In this document: positions 24,480-37,731 of the stretch, piece by piece | Numbering within the stretch: position 1 is the first letter of the stretch | Layout of the letters: each line of letters begins with the position of its first letter | DNA from: Lingula anatina | Lineage: Eukaryota; Animalia; Brachiopoda | NCBI GenBank assembly: GCA_051362555.1 | Contig: CM120645.1 | Span: forward strand, 9,300,001 to 9,364,000 | Reading direction: 5' to 3' | Length of the DNA stretch: 64,000 nt | Program-made: the position numbers and the translations under genes | The notes under the pieces: model-generated | The model's input: the letters and a program-made list of their open reading frames with translations, nothing else | Database searches by the model: none | Told to the model about the DNA's origin: nothing

Positions 24480-27156
24480 GAGATGTATATTACATTACTG
24501 CATAATTATATGAACATCCATACAAGACTCACGTATGGCTTTTTGGATTTATTGTATTCTCGAAACTAACAATGTATTCACTCGCCAAAACAAAATTGCA
24601 TCCTTTACGTCCACAGGTCCACAGCTTCAGTCTCGCTATTCATCGCCTACTGTCTTCCACGCGCTTAGCTTGCGATGACATTTGGAAGATATGGTTCCAT
24701 CAGGTTGTTCTGAAATACTAGTATAGGCCAAACCTTACCGCTGCATTTTAATGTTAAAAGGCCAGCAGGTGAGCCCCGCTGTGGTGGTCCGAATAACGCA
24801 CTCTGACTTTTTGTATATTATACCGGGTATTTTGCAGTGCACCACCGAAGCATATATCCGGAGGCATCACCTTTTTATGAAGATATGTTATTTGCCGATT
24901 CATCTTCAAAGAGAGCGCTGTTTTGCCTGCCACAATTACAGGCACGGAGTAAGCCGAGAAGTTCCGAAGTATGCCGAAACGGAAGGTGCTCGGTTTTGCC
25001 TGTTCATGAAAGTCTATTTATAAGATGTCTAAAAGGTATACTGCTTTAAATAATTGCTATGCATGTGTTGCTGTAATCAGTTGCGGTTGTACACGGACGA
25101 CTTTTTACACCAAACATCAAATAAAGCTTATCTAGGATGATTTATTTTTGTTACAAGTGAGATATCTTAAAGTGCTATTTAAACTCCAGTGGGGTTTGTG
25201 TTTTTTGGAGAAAGACCAGAAGGAATTCACAGCGAATTCTCAAGTGTTTTAAAAGTTGACCTCGTAGGGATGTAACAGATAATTACAAATTGTGAGCATT
25301 ACGTTGCCAATTTCAGCAAACATACCACAAGGCTCTTCTGTTAGATTCTTGGAATATTTCGCTAGTTTATATTCAATTTCACCGTACACATTTCATTCAT
25401 TTAAAATACACATCGTTAAAAAGAGTAGGATCCGTACTAAAATATCCCTCTGCAACCCGTGAAGTTAATTAACGTATAGCATAGCGGATGGGTTATGGGA
25501 GTTTTTTTTTTAATTAAAAATGGCATGTTATAGGTAAATGATCTTGAGGAAAATCGGCACTGTTTAGTTTTAAACATAATTGTTCATCTTACCGTACTTT
25601 CAATATACGAAAAACATAGACATACTTGCATACTTCATGTGTCTTCATCAATATCCACTTGGTCATTCCCACGAAAACTACCCAGAGCTGCCAAGAAAAC
25701 AAAATGCTATGCGAAAAAGTTTATGGCCTTATGTAACAGTGATATGCATCATATCAATTATATTTCTCGATAATTTTTAAAATCTTTCCTTTCTCAGATT
25801 TCATTCAAAGTTTCAATAATTGTTTCTTCAAACAAGGCCTAATATCAGAGTTGTTACCTATTGCAATATTTCGATATCTGCTAGGAAAGTTTCACCTGGG
25901 AGCAATGTTGGGCATCGAAGTATTGGAGAGGTAACAACTCTGATAAAGCTGCTGTTTAAACAACCATTTACTGTAATTTCACTGCATAGCGCACCTAGTA
26001 AAACTCTGTGTTGAGATTGCTTTGTTCGTAATGTTGCATGAATTACATGTATAAAGCAGTTTGTGAAGTTATGCGGAATAAACAAAGAAACAACGAAGAA
26101 AACTTCGTGCCGATTTATAATTAGAAATCTAATGCATTTACATTATTCACTGGTGAGATACGACATTGCCATAAATATAAAAAATGTATAATCCATCACT
26201 GACTTTTAAAAATTACCAAGTCTTTGAAATTTTCAAATTGTTTGAATTATACAATTCCCAAATAATCCGAATAAATCCACTCAAGAGATCCTAAGCCTAA
26301 TTATGGAAATCCCGCGAAGTTGAGTTACCCGAGATTACGTTGCAACGTTATTCATTAGCTTATAGATTAATCAGAAGCGCTCTTATTACTGATATCTCCC
26401 ACGCTTGAAATGCCATCCCGGCTGCGTGGGGATCTCGTTCTGGATAACGTGCGTAGCATACAGTGAATTCCAGAAAGAGGTCTCCATTAGGATAAGAGTT
26501 CTCTGAAGCGCTCCTTGATCTGACAAATCGTTCTGATGCATGGATTTGCTTTTGTTATCGACGATTGGATAGGTTATGTAATACTGCATTACTGTATTGA
26601 CTTTTGATTACTTTTTTCTCCTTTGTGTGTGGAAGTGCTTAAGAATTCTAAGATAACCTTTCTAAATGTGAAGACGTACACAAACTGTATTATATCAAGC
26701 AATGTAAACATCCCACACGTGTTACTCGTTCTTAGCTTGTTAAGTTTTCGAGCAATGTATCAACAGCGCCTTCTAATAACGAGTGTTTCTAAAATAACCC
26801 AATGACTTCTTTTTTTATTAAATCCATTATGACTGATACCGAATATTCCTAATTCACACACGGACAAGTCACGCACGGTACTAGTGTGAGCTTGACTCCT
26901 CATGACATCCTGCAAAACACATTTTGTGTTCACATGTTTCCGCATATATATTTTTACGCGAAATAACTATGTTGTAATTTTTACATGTTTTTGTACCTGC
27001 ACATGTACTGCACAATATTACCGTGTTTGTCCATGCATTCATATACATGTACATGTACAACTGGGACGGTAACCCAGCATTTGTATTTTAAGGTCTCACT
27101 TAGTATATATGAAGCACAATTCTGTTAACATCAGAGTTTTAAGAGGTAATGTTTCA

Positions 27157-28491
27157 TCACGAATCTTTGGTGATGAGAGTCAGTTCATGCATTTCGTGTC
27201 CATTGTGTTGATCTACACGTAACATCTTTCCGTTGGAAAGGATGGAATAGGATTCCGCTTTGGCGCATGCGTGGCAATTGCGTGGTTCAAGATACCCTCC
27301 CTTTTTGGCAGACGACCCCTGAGAGCTTCGCCATGACGACATCAACCTCGCTGTTCTTCGGGGTAATAAGTGGAGTCGTATGCAACAGTACTGTAATTCG
27401 TTCCGAAAATTTGAACCAGAAAAACTGTACAAGAAAAAGTTGATGCAAAAGTTTGTGTAGTACAGCATTTGCGAGAGGAATTGCATTATTCCGTCTATTT
27501 CTTGGGCGACGTAGTTTGGGTTTATAAATTTCAACATAAGGTGGCGAAGCCTTATCACGTAGCTGGGGACACAGAGCAATAGAAACACCACAGATACAAG
27601 TAATAACATATTGGTTATGTTCATTTGAAGATGGTGTCTGGCTCTCTCCGACCGGAAGTGCATTTTCGGCACCCGCATCATGGACCCGCGTTTCTTGCTG
27701 GCTATGATTATAATGTAGGCAATCCTTGCATTGAAATAGAACAAAGATATAGACGGGATGAGGAGGGTCACTACAGTGTCCACGTAGTTCAGTATGTTAG
27801 CCACTTGGGGGTTGTCGTAATTCGGGACGCACCTCATCTCTTGAACCGAGACGGTCGCCATGGAGACGCTGTATCCGCCAAACGCCACCACCGCCAGAGT
27901 GACGGTGACGAGAACCGCGCGCTGCGTCGTGCACATCTCGGGCCGCTTTAGCGGGTAACAGACGGCTATATAACGCTCCACCGTGAAGCTAACGACGTAC
28001 CACACGGAGAGAAAACTAAAAACATAGGTCAGGTAAACCATCAGGCGGCAGCTGTGAATTGTTTGATTGACGTCATGCACCCGCTCTATCCAGTCCCCAA
28101 ACAATATACAGAATAAGAATCCTGAGTCAGTCAACGCCAGCGCCGCTAAGTAGACGCTGGTGGACAGCTTGCGCATCCCCGTGGAGACAAACACCAGGAA
28201 TGAGACGCCGTTGCCTATCAGTCCGATACACACCACGATAGGAATGAAGTACTTGTTGCTGGCCGCTATCGCGGAATACATGGGCCAATTTTGGCTAATA
28301 CCCCCATCACATCCTGAACCGTTAACCCCAAAGGTTGTCAGCCCCAGCGAGGCGTTCCCCCGCTCGAACAATGTCTCATTAAGCGTTCCGTCCAATTCAC
28401 CGAGACCGCTGCTGCTACTATAGCCGCTAGAAGCTTCGTCGCAGATGCTAGACCCCATTTCGGCGGCGTAGAAACTGTTGTACATGGCCAT
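27157..28491 (-). CDS. Class A (rhodopsin-like) peptide GPCR, CNMamide-receptor-like; 444 aa, intronless CDS
   Basis: Seven hydrophobic segments: TM1 GLIGN, TM2 YLAALALTD, TM3 Cys and TVERYIAVCYPL, TM5 LIP, TM6 FLLLCVP, TM7 NFCINFFLY followed by SGSNFR. N-terminal sequons NET/NAS/NGS. MRKLSTSVYLAALA, SFLSVWYVVSFTVER and YPLKRxxMCT resemble insect CNMaR as recalled. The GPCR call is firm; the subfamily is less so. Confidence 0.93.
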   Translation of the reverse strand: MAMYNSFYAAEMGSSICDEASSGYSSSSGLGELDGTLNETLFERGNASLGLTTFGVNGSGCDGGISQNWPMYSAIAASNKYFIPIVVCIGLIGNGVSFLVFVSTGMRKLSTSVYLAALALTDSGFLFCILFGDWIERVHDVNQTIHSCRLMVYLTYVFSFLSVWYVVSFTVERYIAVCYPLKRPEMCTTQRAVLVTVTLAVVAFGGYSVSMATVSVQEMRCVPNYDNPQVANILNYVDTVVTLLIPSISLFYFNARIAYIIIIASKKRGSMMRVPKMHFRSERARHHLQMNITNMLLLVSVVFLLLCVPSYVIRLRHLMLKFINPNYVAQEIDGIMQFLSQMLYYTNFCINFFLYSFSGSNFRNELQYCCIRLHLLPRRTARLMSSWRSSQGSSAKKGGYLEPRNCHACAKAESYSILSNGKMLRVDQHNGHEMHELTLITKDS

Positions 28492-28565
28492 TGAGTCTGC
28501 TAATGGATTTACATCCTATATCCCACTATGTCAATCTGAAAATAGAAAAAGAAAAAATATTAACA
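28492..28565 (-). other. Splice acceptor and 44-nt 5'UTR portion of the GPCR coding exon
   Basis: Minus strand reads attttttctttttctattttcag|attgac, with the exon starting at 28535. This implies upstream non-coding exon(s). Confidence 0.75.
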
Positions 28566-28767
28566 TATCTCAAATCCCTTCGCCATCAAAATTAATCTTT
28601 TTTGTAGTGGTCGTGTTACTTACTGAAATAGGATACCTGCATCTGAAAGCTGAGGGAATTATAAATCGATAAACATGCACAACCCAAGATCAAGAAATAC
28701 TGTTTTTTAAGCACTGGTTAATTCTGCGGCCTATATCCCATTATATGGCCACCATACCACCAGCACT

Positions 28768-28830
28768 ATTATCATCATAGTCACTATCATCATCATCATC
28801 ATCATCATCATAATCATCGTAATCACTAGT
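28768..28830. repeat. Imperfect (ATC)n microsatellite
   Basis: Direct inspection. Confidence 0.85.
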
Positions 28831-29888
28831 CATACTACTTCAACCGCCTTCCTCCGAGTTCAGTGTTACTGTGCCTTCTGTATTATAAGACGTCTTCCTG
28901 GCAATAGAATAGAATAACAGTGAAAGGTATCGTATAGAGGACATTCGCTACCATGCGAGACCAATATGACACCCCGAGAAACCGACGGAATAAATATCGA
29001 AAAAGGTGTGACCAGTCCTGCCAAAATGAAATAATATTTCATCAGCTGTGACGTACAAGTGCGTTAATGTGCCTATTTTGTTTACTGGGCGTCATTTTGT
29101 ACGCGGAAGGTTTTTTAGAAACTTGCCCATTAAAATCACCTTTATCACGCACTCGATTTTGTTACCTGTTTTTTCAAGAGGACTCCATATTCCTCCTGCT
29201 GTGTCTGTTTGTGTGAACCTACGGCACCGCAGCATATTACTGGCCTCAACCTTTACAAAAGTCTCATTGATATCCCACTTAATACCTAAATCACTGAGGG
29301 CCACAGTGTGTCAAAATTGAGATGCCATTATTTTTCTTGGGTGATTTAATTTTGGTAAAAGATATTTAGGCGACTTTAAGAAAAACATAGCGTTCGTGGA
29401 CAATTGAGCTCTCAGCGTGTCTTCGTGTCAATCAAAGTCGCGCTCTTTAATCATGGCTGCGGATCAATAGACCTTTGATAGCAGATTTAAATAAGCCAGA
29501 TCAAAATACTTTTCTATAGCTTATAGGTACAAAATGATGACCAGTGGGAGTCGAAGTTCGCTGACCCTAGTGGACATACACAAACAGAAAGGTGCAGCTT
29601 AATTCAATATCACTAAAATAGTATGCGGAAAATGAAGTAAACAAAGCCCTCAATTAAAAGGTAAATTTCGTTCATGAAAAATAAGGAGATTGGCGTATTT
29701 GTTTATTGGACACGGTCAAAAGGGTGCAAAGGCACTTTTAATAACTTCAGGCTGTAAACGTGCTGTTTGTTTTAAAAAAATATTTATGCGATCAGCAAAC
29801 GAAATTGATATCATTTCAGGAAGTTTATCTCCAAACTCTTTTTTGGTAGAAATGAGAAAATAAAAAATAAACCCCATCTTTCCTGTAT

Positions 29889-29929
<41 letters not shown>

Positions 29930-31019
29930 GACAGAAACCTGACACAGAATATGCTATTTACGTGCGTGCACGAACTTATAGCGTTTAAAAGCGTTTTGTT
30001 TTCTTTTCTTAAGCAAACAGACAGAGCACGCAACAAAAAGAAACGAGAGAGCTGCAAGTTCAGGATATGACTTTGAAAGGTTGGCATCCAGATATGACTT
30101 CTTGATGGCCTTGAATAGGAGAACTGACACTAAAACAATTTTCAAAAGACATGGTGATTCATGATACGTGTGGAATTTAAGGCCCATGGATACAAGTACC
30201 AATACAGTGCTCTTATAAAATATCGGTAACTGCAGTGTTTCTGCGCCTGATAAAATTGTACGACAATATTTGCAATTTATTTGCCCATTCTCACAGCTGT
30301 CCACAACCGGCGAACCAATATAAGTTAATACAAATGTGGCAGGAGCCCAAAAATCTTAACTGTAAATGTGCATTTCATTTCCTTATTAACAATCTTAATT
30401 TCATTTTCATTGTTTATAAAGTTGCCACAGTTCTGATAGGGGCGGGGTATTGTTTAAACCAATAGTTTGTAAGGCGCTCGCTTTTGTTTACGTATTGCAT
30501 TTAAAAAATACCTAGGTTATAGGCCTAAAGATTAACCGAGACTTCCGCTAGTTCACATTCATACACTGAAAACTCTACTGAAATCAAATGATAAGCGCTG
30601 AAAAATCGTTGTGAATACAGGTCGTCAAAGCTTGCTGTTCGAAATGCATGCTATTTCTTTACTATAGCCTACCTAAACACAAATCTACCATACCAGTGCG
30701 ATCAACCACTGATTTCTCTACCTGCTTTGATAAATAAACTTAATTTGATATACGGGTAAATCATCCACCAGTGTAGAGGTTGGCTTTCACGTACCTTCGG
30801 AGTAAATAAAACAATTAATCTAAAATGATTATCCTAAAAAGAGAGACGCATTACTGAGTTATGCACGTACTCGGCGTTCTCTGCGTGGCGGATATTGTTT
30901 TACCCCTCCTTAATAATGTTATGCTGTCGGTGTCGACTGGGAGTCCTGTTGCCTGTAGATAAAAAGTGTGAAAAATAGGGTCATGTTAAGCCCCCAAGAA
31001 CCAAAATGAGAAACCGTCA

Positions 31020-31200
31020 AATTAGCTCTGCCAATTAAGAAGGTTGTGTTTTCACGTCCGTTGTCTGTCTGTTTGTTTGATTGTTTGTTCATCATCAGCC
31101 TAACTCTGAAAGTTATAAATGGGATTTTGATGACATTTTCAGGAAATGTCAAAAAAGAAATAACTTGAAAGAGATTCGATTTTGGCGATGATCCATTTAT
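31020..31200 (+). mobile_element. Remnant of non-autonomous Helentron/HINE-like element
   Basis: ttagctctgccaa..aaggttgtgttttcac, (gtct/gttt)n, taactctgaaagttataaatgggattttgatgacattttcaggaa, gattttggcgatgatcc follow the order I recall for the 5' region of widespread animal HINE-type elements. Confidence 0.55.
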
Positions 31201-32651
31201 AAATTAACGATTAATCATGAGTTAATTATTCGTCTTGGTGGGGGCGTGCGCTCTCTTGTGTGCTTTCATAGTTTCTGGTGATTTTTCCCGAGCTTCTCCG
31301 ACTATCAAAGTCAGCAAACGAGCTCTGTTGTGGACAATATTTTCCTTTACACGCCGAGTCCCAGGCTCGTTTCTCCCATCTACATGTAGAACACTGCGCT
31401 ACGCCAAAATCGGGCATTCGACATGCCTGTTTATGAAAATTCATAGAACGGAGGCCGGCCAATCTATTAAAACGTATTCAACCAAGGTGACCCGACTATT
31501 CTGGTCAGGGTTACCCGATACCTGATCGAATATGTAAAACAGATTACGCTCTTGCCCATAAAAGAACGATCGAATATGTAAAAAAATGTAGAGAGAAACG
31601 ATATGTTTGAATGAGGGGTTTCCTCCAGCATGCTGGCTATAGTACATGTACGTTACCTTGGTATTGGTATTACATTAAAAATACATCGTGCATAAGGAGT
31701 ACTGAGGCTGAACAAGTCAACATATAAACAGTTGAAAAAAATCACTTTAGTAAAGCACCCTCTGGTCAGTTAATAGTGTTACTCTTTCAACTTTTCTTAA
31801 TACTTCTACTAAACCCCTAAATAGATTTCAAAGTCTTTGAGATCTGTACCTTGTGGAGTTGTCTGTTACGTCATATTGTTTGTCTCTCTTCTTAGTTTCA
31901 GGGCAATTCAATATTCCTTCCAAACGAATTCTTTGAACTCAGAGATAAAAAGACAATTAATTGCAAGAGACAACAACAACAACGTTACAGCCATAAATTG
32001 AAAATATGATACCATTCTCGACGTCCTTTAGGAAGTCAGTAAGATCGTCTGCCTGCCAAACAGCAATTCTGTAACATACTCGACACAGGAGAAATGTCCA
32101 AAATGCCGGAATTTCCTGAACTAAGTGCATGAACACTTTGGAGACCTGAATGTTATTGTTCACAGGAATACCGGGTAACTTACAGCGCAACATGGTCTTA
32201 TTTTTTTCGTACTTCTAGTAAACCACTGCGTTAAATAGTTTTCAAAGTATCACATTTCTAGTACACATGCTTAGCACGTTTTAGATAAATGGGTGTGTGA
32301 TGGCGAACTGCCATGAAAAGTTAAAAAAAAACAACAATTATTTCAACAGTTGATAGCGACTAGTTGTTCAGATGACCGTTAAATAATACCGCTGCACATT
32401 GGTTTTTGCTTTGGTCACATTCTTTATTACTGTGATTGGTCTGTGTACAACGAGCCATTTGTTTGAATCTATCGTCCGTTCTTCGGTTTCATGCCATACC
32501 TAGATGTTAAGTCATTTATCATCCTTTATCATGAATGAATTTATGAAATAAGTTCCTACTTTCTTCTTGGTGGGCAATAAGCCGATATATTTTACGTTTC
32601 GGTGCTCACATTGGCTGTGTTCACATGGTGCTCCGATGAAGGGAATCTTGA

Positions 32652-32819
32652 CCGGTGTGACAGGAATGGTCCTAGGCCTTGGAATGGAAGTCCGGGGTCC
32701 CATATGATTGGCACAGGTTAGGGTTAGTCGGGGTATTGGGGTTAGTATATGGGACGAGTGTCAGCTGTACAAAGTAATAGGCCTCAGTTCCTAGCGGACT
32801 ACCATTCCTGTCACACCTG
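32652..32819. mobile_element. MITE with CCGGTGTGACAGGAATGGT TIRs and internal GTTAGGGTTAG (unclassified DNA transposon)
   Basis: ccggtgtgacaggaatggt / accattcctgtcacacctg. No clear TSD. Confidence 0.8.
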
Positions 32820-35392
32820 TTTCAGTGGTATGGCCACTTGTAGTTGCAATCAAGCTGGCGTGTACACAACAGATAACCTTCATTTCATTTTAACAAGTTT
32901 TAACAAGATAAATTCGATCAAAATCTGAAATTTCTCAATCTTATCTCCTCTCCTTTAGCATATCAGGGTATGGGCCAACTCACTTGTTTCGTTTCCGCAT
33001 ATTTATCTAATGTGGTTCAAAGGCGAGTTGCCCTGATTGAAAAATATTACACGCCAATTCTCAACACTCGAGCAAGAGAGATATACTATTGAAAAAAGGT
33101 CAGGCAGCATTGACCGGGCAACGCCACAAGAGGTATAATATTCTATTGTTCATAACAGATTAAGCATCAATCTCGATAAGAGCACTTCCGCTTGGCCCTT
33201 GTTATATTAATGACCACTTTAAAGATCGGACCTCCGATTCCAGAAAACAGCATTTCAGCGTCAGCGTCAGCTTAAACAAAGGTCAAATTCGTATCGGGAT
33301 CAACTGAATAAACCTGTTCATTAGATTTGCAAATTGAATTTCATGTTCAATCGTTTCCGGGATATCAGTTGCATACACCTCGCGGGTTTCCTCCGTGACA
33401 TTGTCCGAAATGGTCATCTTTATAAAGCGCCATCTACAGAGTCTTTTCGACATTGCGGCAGTAGATTTTTTCAAATGTTTCCAAACATAGGTTGTCTGTT
33501 ACTGAACCCGTTTTAACGCAATATATCAAAATATTTTTAAAAAATCAGCGTGTGATTTAATTTGCACAGAAGGTCAAATTATGGTGGTATCCCAACGCTG
33601 AGATTGGTCTAATTGCGTTCAAACACTGCAGGTAAATCAAATTGCGCTACTACGTTTCGAAGCCACGCATTAATTTTTCAGAAAATAATCCATCTCTTTG
33701 TGTATATTTAGAGGTTACAAATATGCCACGTTCATTTAATTCTGAAACCATTGTTAGTACACGAATACAAACCAGGCTTTGGAATGAATATGTACCGGGC
33801 CGCTGCGTACATGTATCTGCCGTAATCAAGTGCTGATCATTATTGCATTATATTACACACTACAGAAGTCAACACGGCAGGCGCTAGCTATGGCCAAACT
33901 AATTAAAAGAACGTAATAAGTTGCATTCCCCAGAGAGGATGGTATTTTTTTTATAAATAGTTCTTTAATTTCTTGCTGCGAAGTTTTTTTTTTTGTTTTT
34001 TTTTTTGTTTTTTTTTTTTTTTACGGAGGGGGATTCAGTTCGTGCAACTGTAACATAAAACGCAATGACAGTTTCTGCAATTTCTGGCTTCCAAGCTTAC
34101 AGTAGGCTTTAGCTCGTTTGATTAAGCTATGTCAGGCGCCTGAATACCACGGCGAGCGTAAAATTACCTCCCATTATTGCGCCCACGACAGGCTCTATAT
34201 TGCAGTTAAAGGATTCGTTCACAGACAAATATTGCTTGGTATGGGCAGTTAGATAGTGCGCTGAAACCCTGCGTAGTAATTACCGAGAAAATGTGTATAT
34301 TAAATCACTCTCACTATTCTTATACGGAATCACTATTAATTAAGGAGTGTGTAGGAAAACGAGGCTGTAATCAAGTGATTTTTTTTTATTTCGGGAATTT
34401 CGTTTCTTTTGGAACTGGTTTTTACACGATTAATCCGAACTGAGTAACATTCAGCATTTTGCTTAAAATGAAAAACAAAATTCTAGTCCTGTACCGTCTT
34501 GCCTTTTTTTGCCAAAAATATCTTTTTTTTTCTGTCAATTTTGGCTGCTGCTTCTTGCAATACACGGTCGGTTGATATTTCACCAGATTATCGATTTTAA
34601 CATAGCTTTCCCTTCTACAGACATTTTACCTTACACAACAAATAATCACACTTATTTTATAATAGAACCTTAGTATCCTTTAATTACAGAATCCCTTTAA
34701 TTTTGCCCGAATAGTTCTTAAGAATGCGAGAAAATGTAAATGATGTGCTCAATGCATTTCTGACTAAAAACCTTGTCTGCTTATGTAACAGCACTGCTGT
34801 CCCCTGCAAACATCTACAGGTGGTACTGCCGCGTGGAAACCACGTGTATACAGTGGCCGGATGCACACCTCTTGGTGTAAGAGTTGCATGCCCTTGATCA
34901 TAAGGAAGGACATCTTTTATCTACATTTATAGAGTCTGGTATATGTAACTGTTTATTGGGTAATGGCGTCTCCAGATTTTATCTAAGCATAACTGTTCAC
35001 TTACTATTTTGCCCCCTCTCGGGTGATTTTGATTAGAAGAGACTGTTATGGCATTTCCCGTTATTTCTCAGCTGATAATATCCACTTCACTCTCTATGTA
35101 GTGATAAAATATATGTTGGTAGGTGCCTGACATTAACGACCTTACCTAACTAAAGTGTAATATTAACGCCATGTGGGCAACCATCTGAAACTCATTGCTG
35201 CACTAATGTGTTCGAGGTCGAACAACTGCTCTGTCATACGTTCCGGTAAATCGCGTGGCCCACACACACGTTGAACTACATAAAAGCGGAAAACGGATTT
35301 CATTTTTGGCAACCTAGCGGGCACATGTTGGCAACAACATTGTGTCTTACACCTACTCCACACATGAACGATGGGAAGAAGCGGCGGGGAGG

Positions 35393-35428
35393 GGTCATGG
35401 AAAGGTCATGGAAAGGTCATGGCAAGGT
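35393..35428. repeat. 11-bp tandem repeat x3 (ggtcatggaaa)
   Basis: Direct inspection. Confidence 0.85.
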
Positions 35429-35660
35429 CGGGTACACATACAAAATTTGCAATTCAGTGGTACATGTACCCTGAACGTGTTTTTCCTTTCAGCAGATAAC
35501 TCTGGCTTTGTAAAACACAGCGGCAGAGAGACAAGGGTATATTTGCAATAAAATAGGACAACGTGTACTTGTGCCGGCTTGCCTGAATTGCGACATACAA
35601 GCACACTATATCATAGAATTGTCAGAGTTAGATGCATTATGACTGTATGTTTGAATAAAC

Positions 35661-35661
<1 letters not shown>

Positions 35662-35695
<34 letters not shown>

Positions 35696-35717
35696 GCACA
35701 CGCACACACACACACAC
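35662..35717. repeat. Compound (CT)n(CA)n microsatellite
   Basis: Direct inspection. Confidence 0.95.
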
Positions 35718-36509
35718 TGCCACCAGCAATAAACACCACCTTTCAAGTTAAACGTACGTCGTCTATTTCATATTTTTATCGCGCATGTGAGGAGTGAAAA
35801 ACGCTCACACTACTGACAAGTGTAGCCTTTGATTGCTTTTCTGAAATACAATATGAAGTTATGAAACGGGCCATCTTCTCTTAAATCACGTTCTATGCGT
35901 CATTGAAAGGAGAAATGACTTCGATTTCCTGGGATTTTTCTTTTGAATTGGCTAAAGATCGAACCGCACAATTATAGGTGATTTCACTAATCGCCCCCAT
36001 TGTATTGTCACCACTTGTGAGCCGTTGCTATGGCGACTACGCTTCTTTTTGATGACTCTGGAAATAATTGCTGTTCATGGCGGTAAAGACAAAAGGCGCA
36101 TTGTCTCGAGGTGGAAGTAAATTCAAAAGGCATCACAACTCAGGATCGCGTTCTTTCATATTCTGGAGCTAATTTCAGTTATATTACATCGTATAAAGAA
36201 CGCGATGTAATTAAACCTTGACGACTGAAAATACATGGGTACTAGTAAATGTGCGTAGCCGACATTTGACGTCCAAGAGCTAGTAAATGATCCAAATTAC
36301 TACGTGCTGTATTAACTGTCACCACATAGGACAGCAGTGTTACCAGAAATATCGTAATATGCTCGGTTTCTTTTACGATCTGAGGGGGGGGGATTCCTCA
36401 TATTATCATAACACGTTACTAAACCTTAATTTTTCACTAAGACCTAATTTCTTCCCAAGGCGATTTGTAATTCCTGTCGATGATCATGATATGTGAATAT
36501 GCTTACTCA

Positions 36510-36688
36510 GGGCTCACTCCCAATGAAACGATCGATCTACCTAGATCGATCCAATTCCTCGGGAAATGCAATCAGTTAAACAGATTAACACGCCTCCTCT
36601 TGTTTTCAACGTACTCGCATCATCACCAGGTTTTTATGTTTTTTACTCAACGCCAAGAGGAGGCGTGTTAATCGTTGGAAATGAGCCC
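36510..36688. mobile_element. PIF/Harbinger MITE, same family as 56617-56847, with right subterminal deletion
   Basis: tca|gggctcactcccaa ... ttggaaatgagccc|tta. Internal perfect arms gattaacacgcctcctcttg / caagaggaggcgtgttaatc. Shares aatgcaatcagt..aacagattaac with the 56.6 kb copy. Confidence 0.82.
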
Positions 36689-37729
36689 TTAAACGTCAGA
36701 ACCCTGCCACCACCTCCCAAGAATGTAGTTTGCTTCGGTTCCAATATTGACTAACGTTTTATCATCACCCGCGCACACACCTTAACGAATCCTTTTACAA
36801 GCAGACGACAGACGGGGCGTATTCAAATACTTCAACTATAAGAACATCGCCAGAAGGTAAAGGGGCTTTCAAGCCGCAGTGTGTTAAGATTTCATTATAC
36901 CGCGTTATTCATACGATATAAAATAAGAAAAAAAATCATTCATACGATGTAAAATAATTAAAAGTATAAAGTTATAATTATCCACAGAGGGTTTGGAACA
37001 TACACAAGCACAGGGTATGCAGACTTATGCAGGAGAGAGGTCCAGTCTGGTATGACCACAAGAAAGTCCAGATATAACGTGACATAGCCAGCATCAAGAT
37101 CAATCTCAATACACGACCCGTCTAACGAGAATCCTGTAGGCGGATCTTGACAAATGTTGCATTGATCTCATTGTCACTTTCACTAAATCTTCCGCTCATT
37201 TCTCCGTTATTAGATCGTACTATGGCTATCGATATTTCCCGGAAAATCGTTTGGGAATTGCACCACTATTACAGCAATGGTATAAAAGATATAATTTGTA
37301 TTTTATGACATTACATCTTTGTGCTTTTTGCAAGTCATTGAAGCTTTAGACTGCAGTATGAAATGTAGGCCAAAGTCATGCTTTAAGTTCCTATAAGCGC
37401 TTAAAGGAAGGCAATGAGTGTTAGACATTCATAAAGTAAATTTATTAAATTTCCTGGGATTTTTCAGCAATTATCCACTATCACCAAGGTAAACTATACT
37501 TAAAAGCATTCACATATTCACAATTCCAGAAACCCGTTTTTTAATTCTAAGTTTCTAGTTATAAGTCACTCTCGCACATGTTATGGGGATATAAATGTAG
37601 ATGACTTTTACACGTGGTGGTTAAAATTTTGTAACTTTGAATATAGAACTCGAGAACAGGTTCGTGGAACGTACTTTTCTCATCGGTTTTGGGTGGTGGT
37701 AGAGACTGCAGACATTTCTAAGGAAAATA

Positions 37730-37731
<2 letters not shown>

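Noticed and set aside
24751-25049. Three overlapping ORFs, and slight similarity (YA....CLFMK) to 31235-31525
   Set aside because: No recognisable domain; the similarity is limited to about 17 nt and could be chance.
27625-28672. Plus-strand ORFs overlapping the GPCR
   Set aside because: Antisense shadows of a GC-rich coding sequence.
29541-29570. B-box-like TTCGA motif (possible tRNA/SINE on the minus strand)
   Set aside because: No A-box or cloverleaf could be built.
33283-33516. YVWKH / FPNIGC peptides reminiscent of BED finger or Harbinger transposase
   Set aside because: Flanking Cys/His or DDE residues are absent and the motifs are too short.
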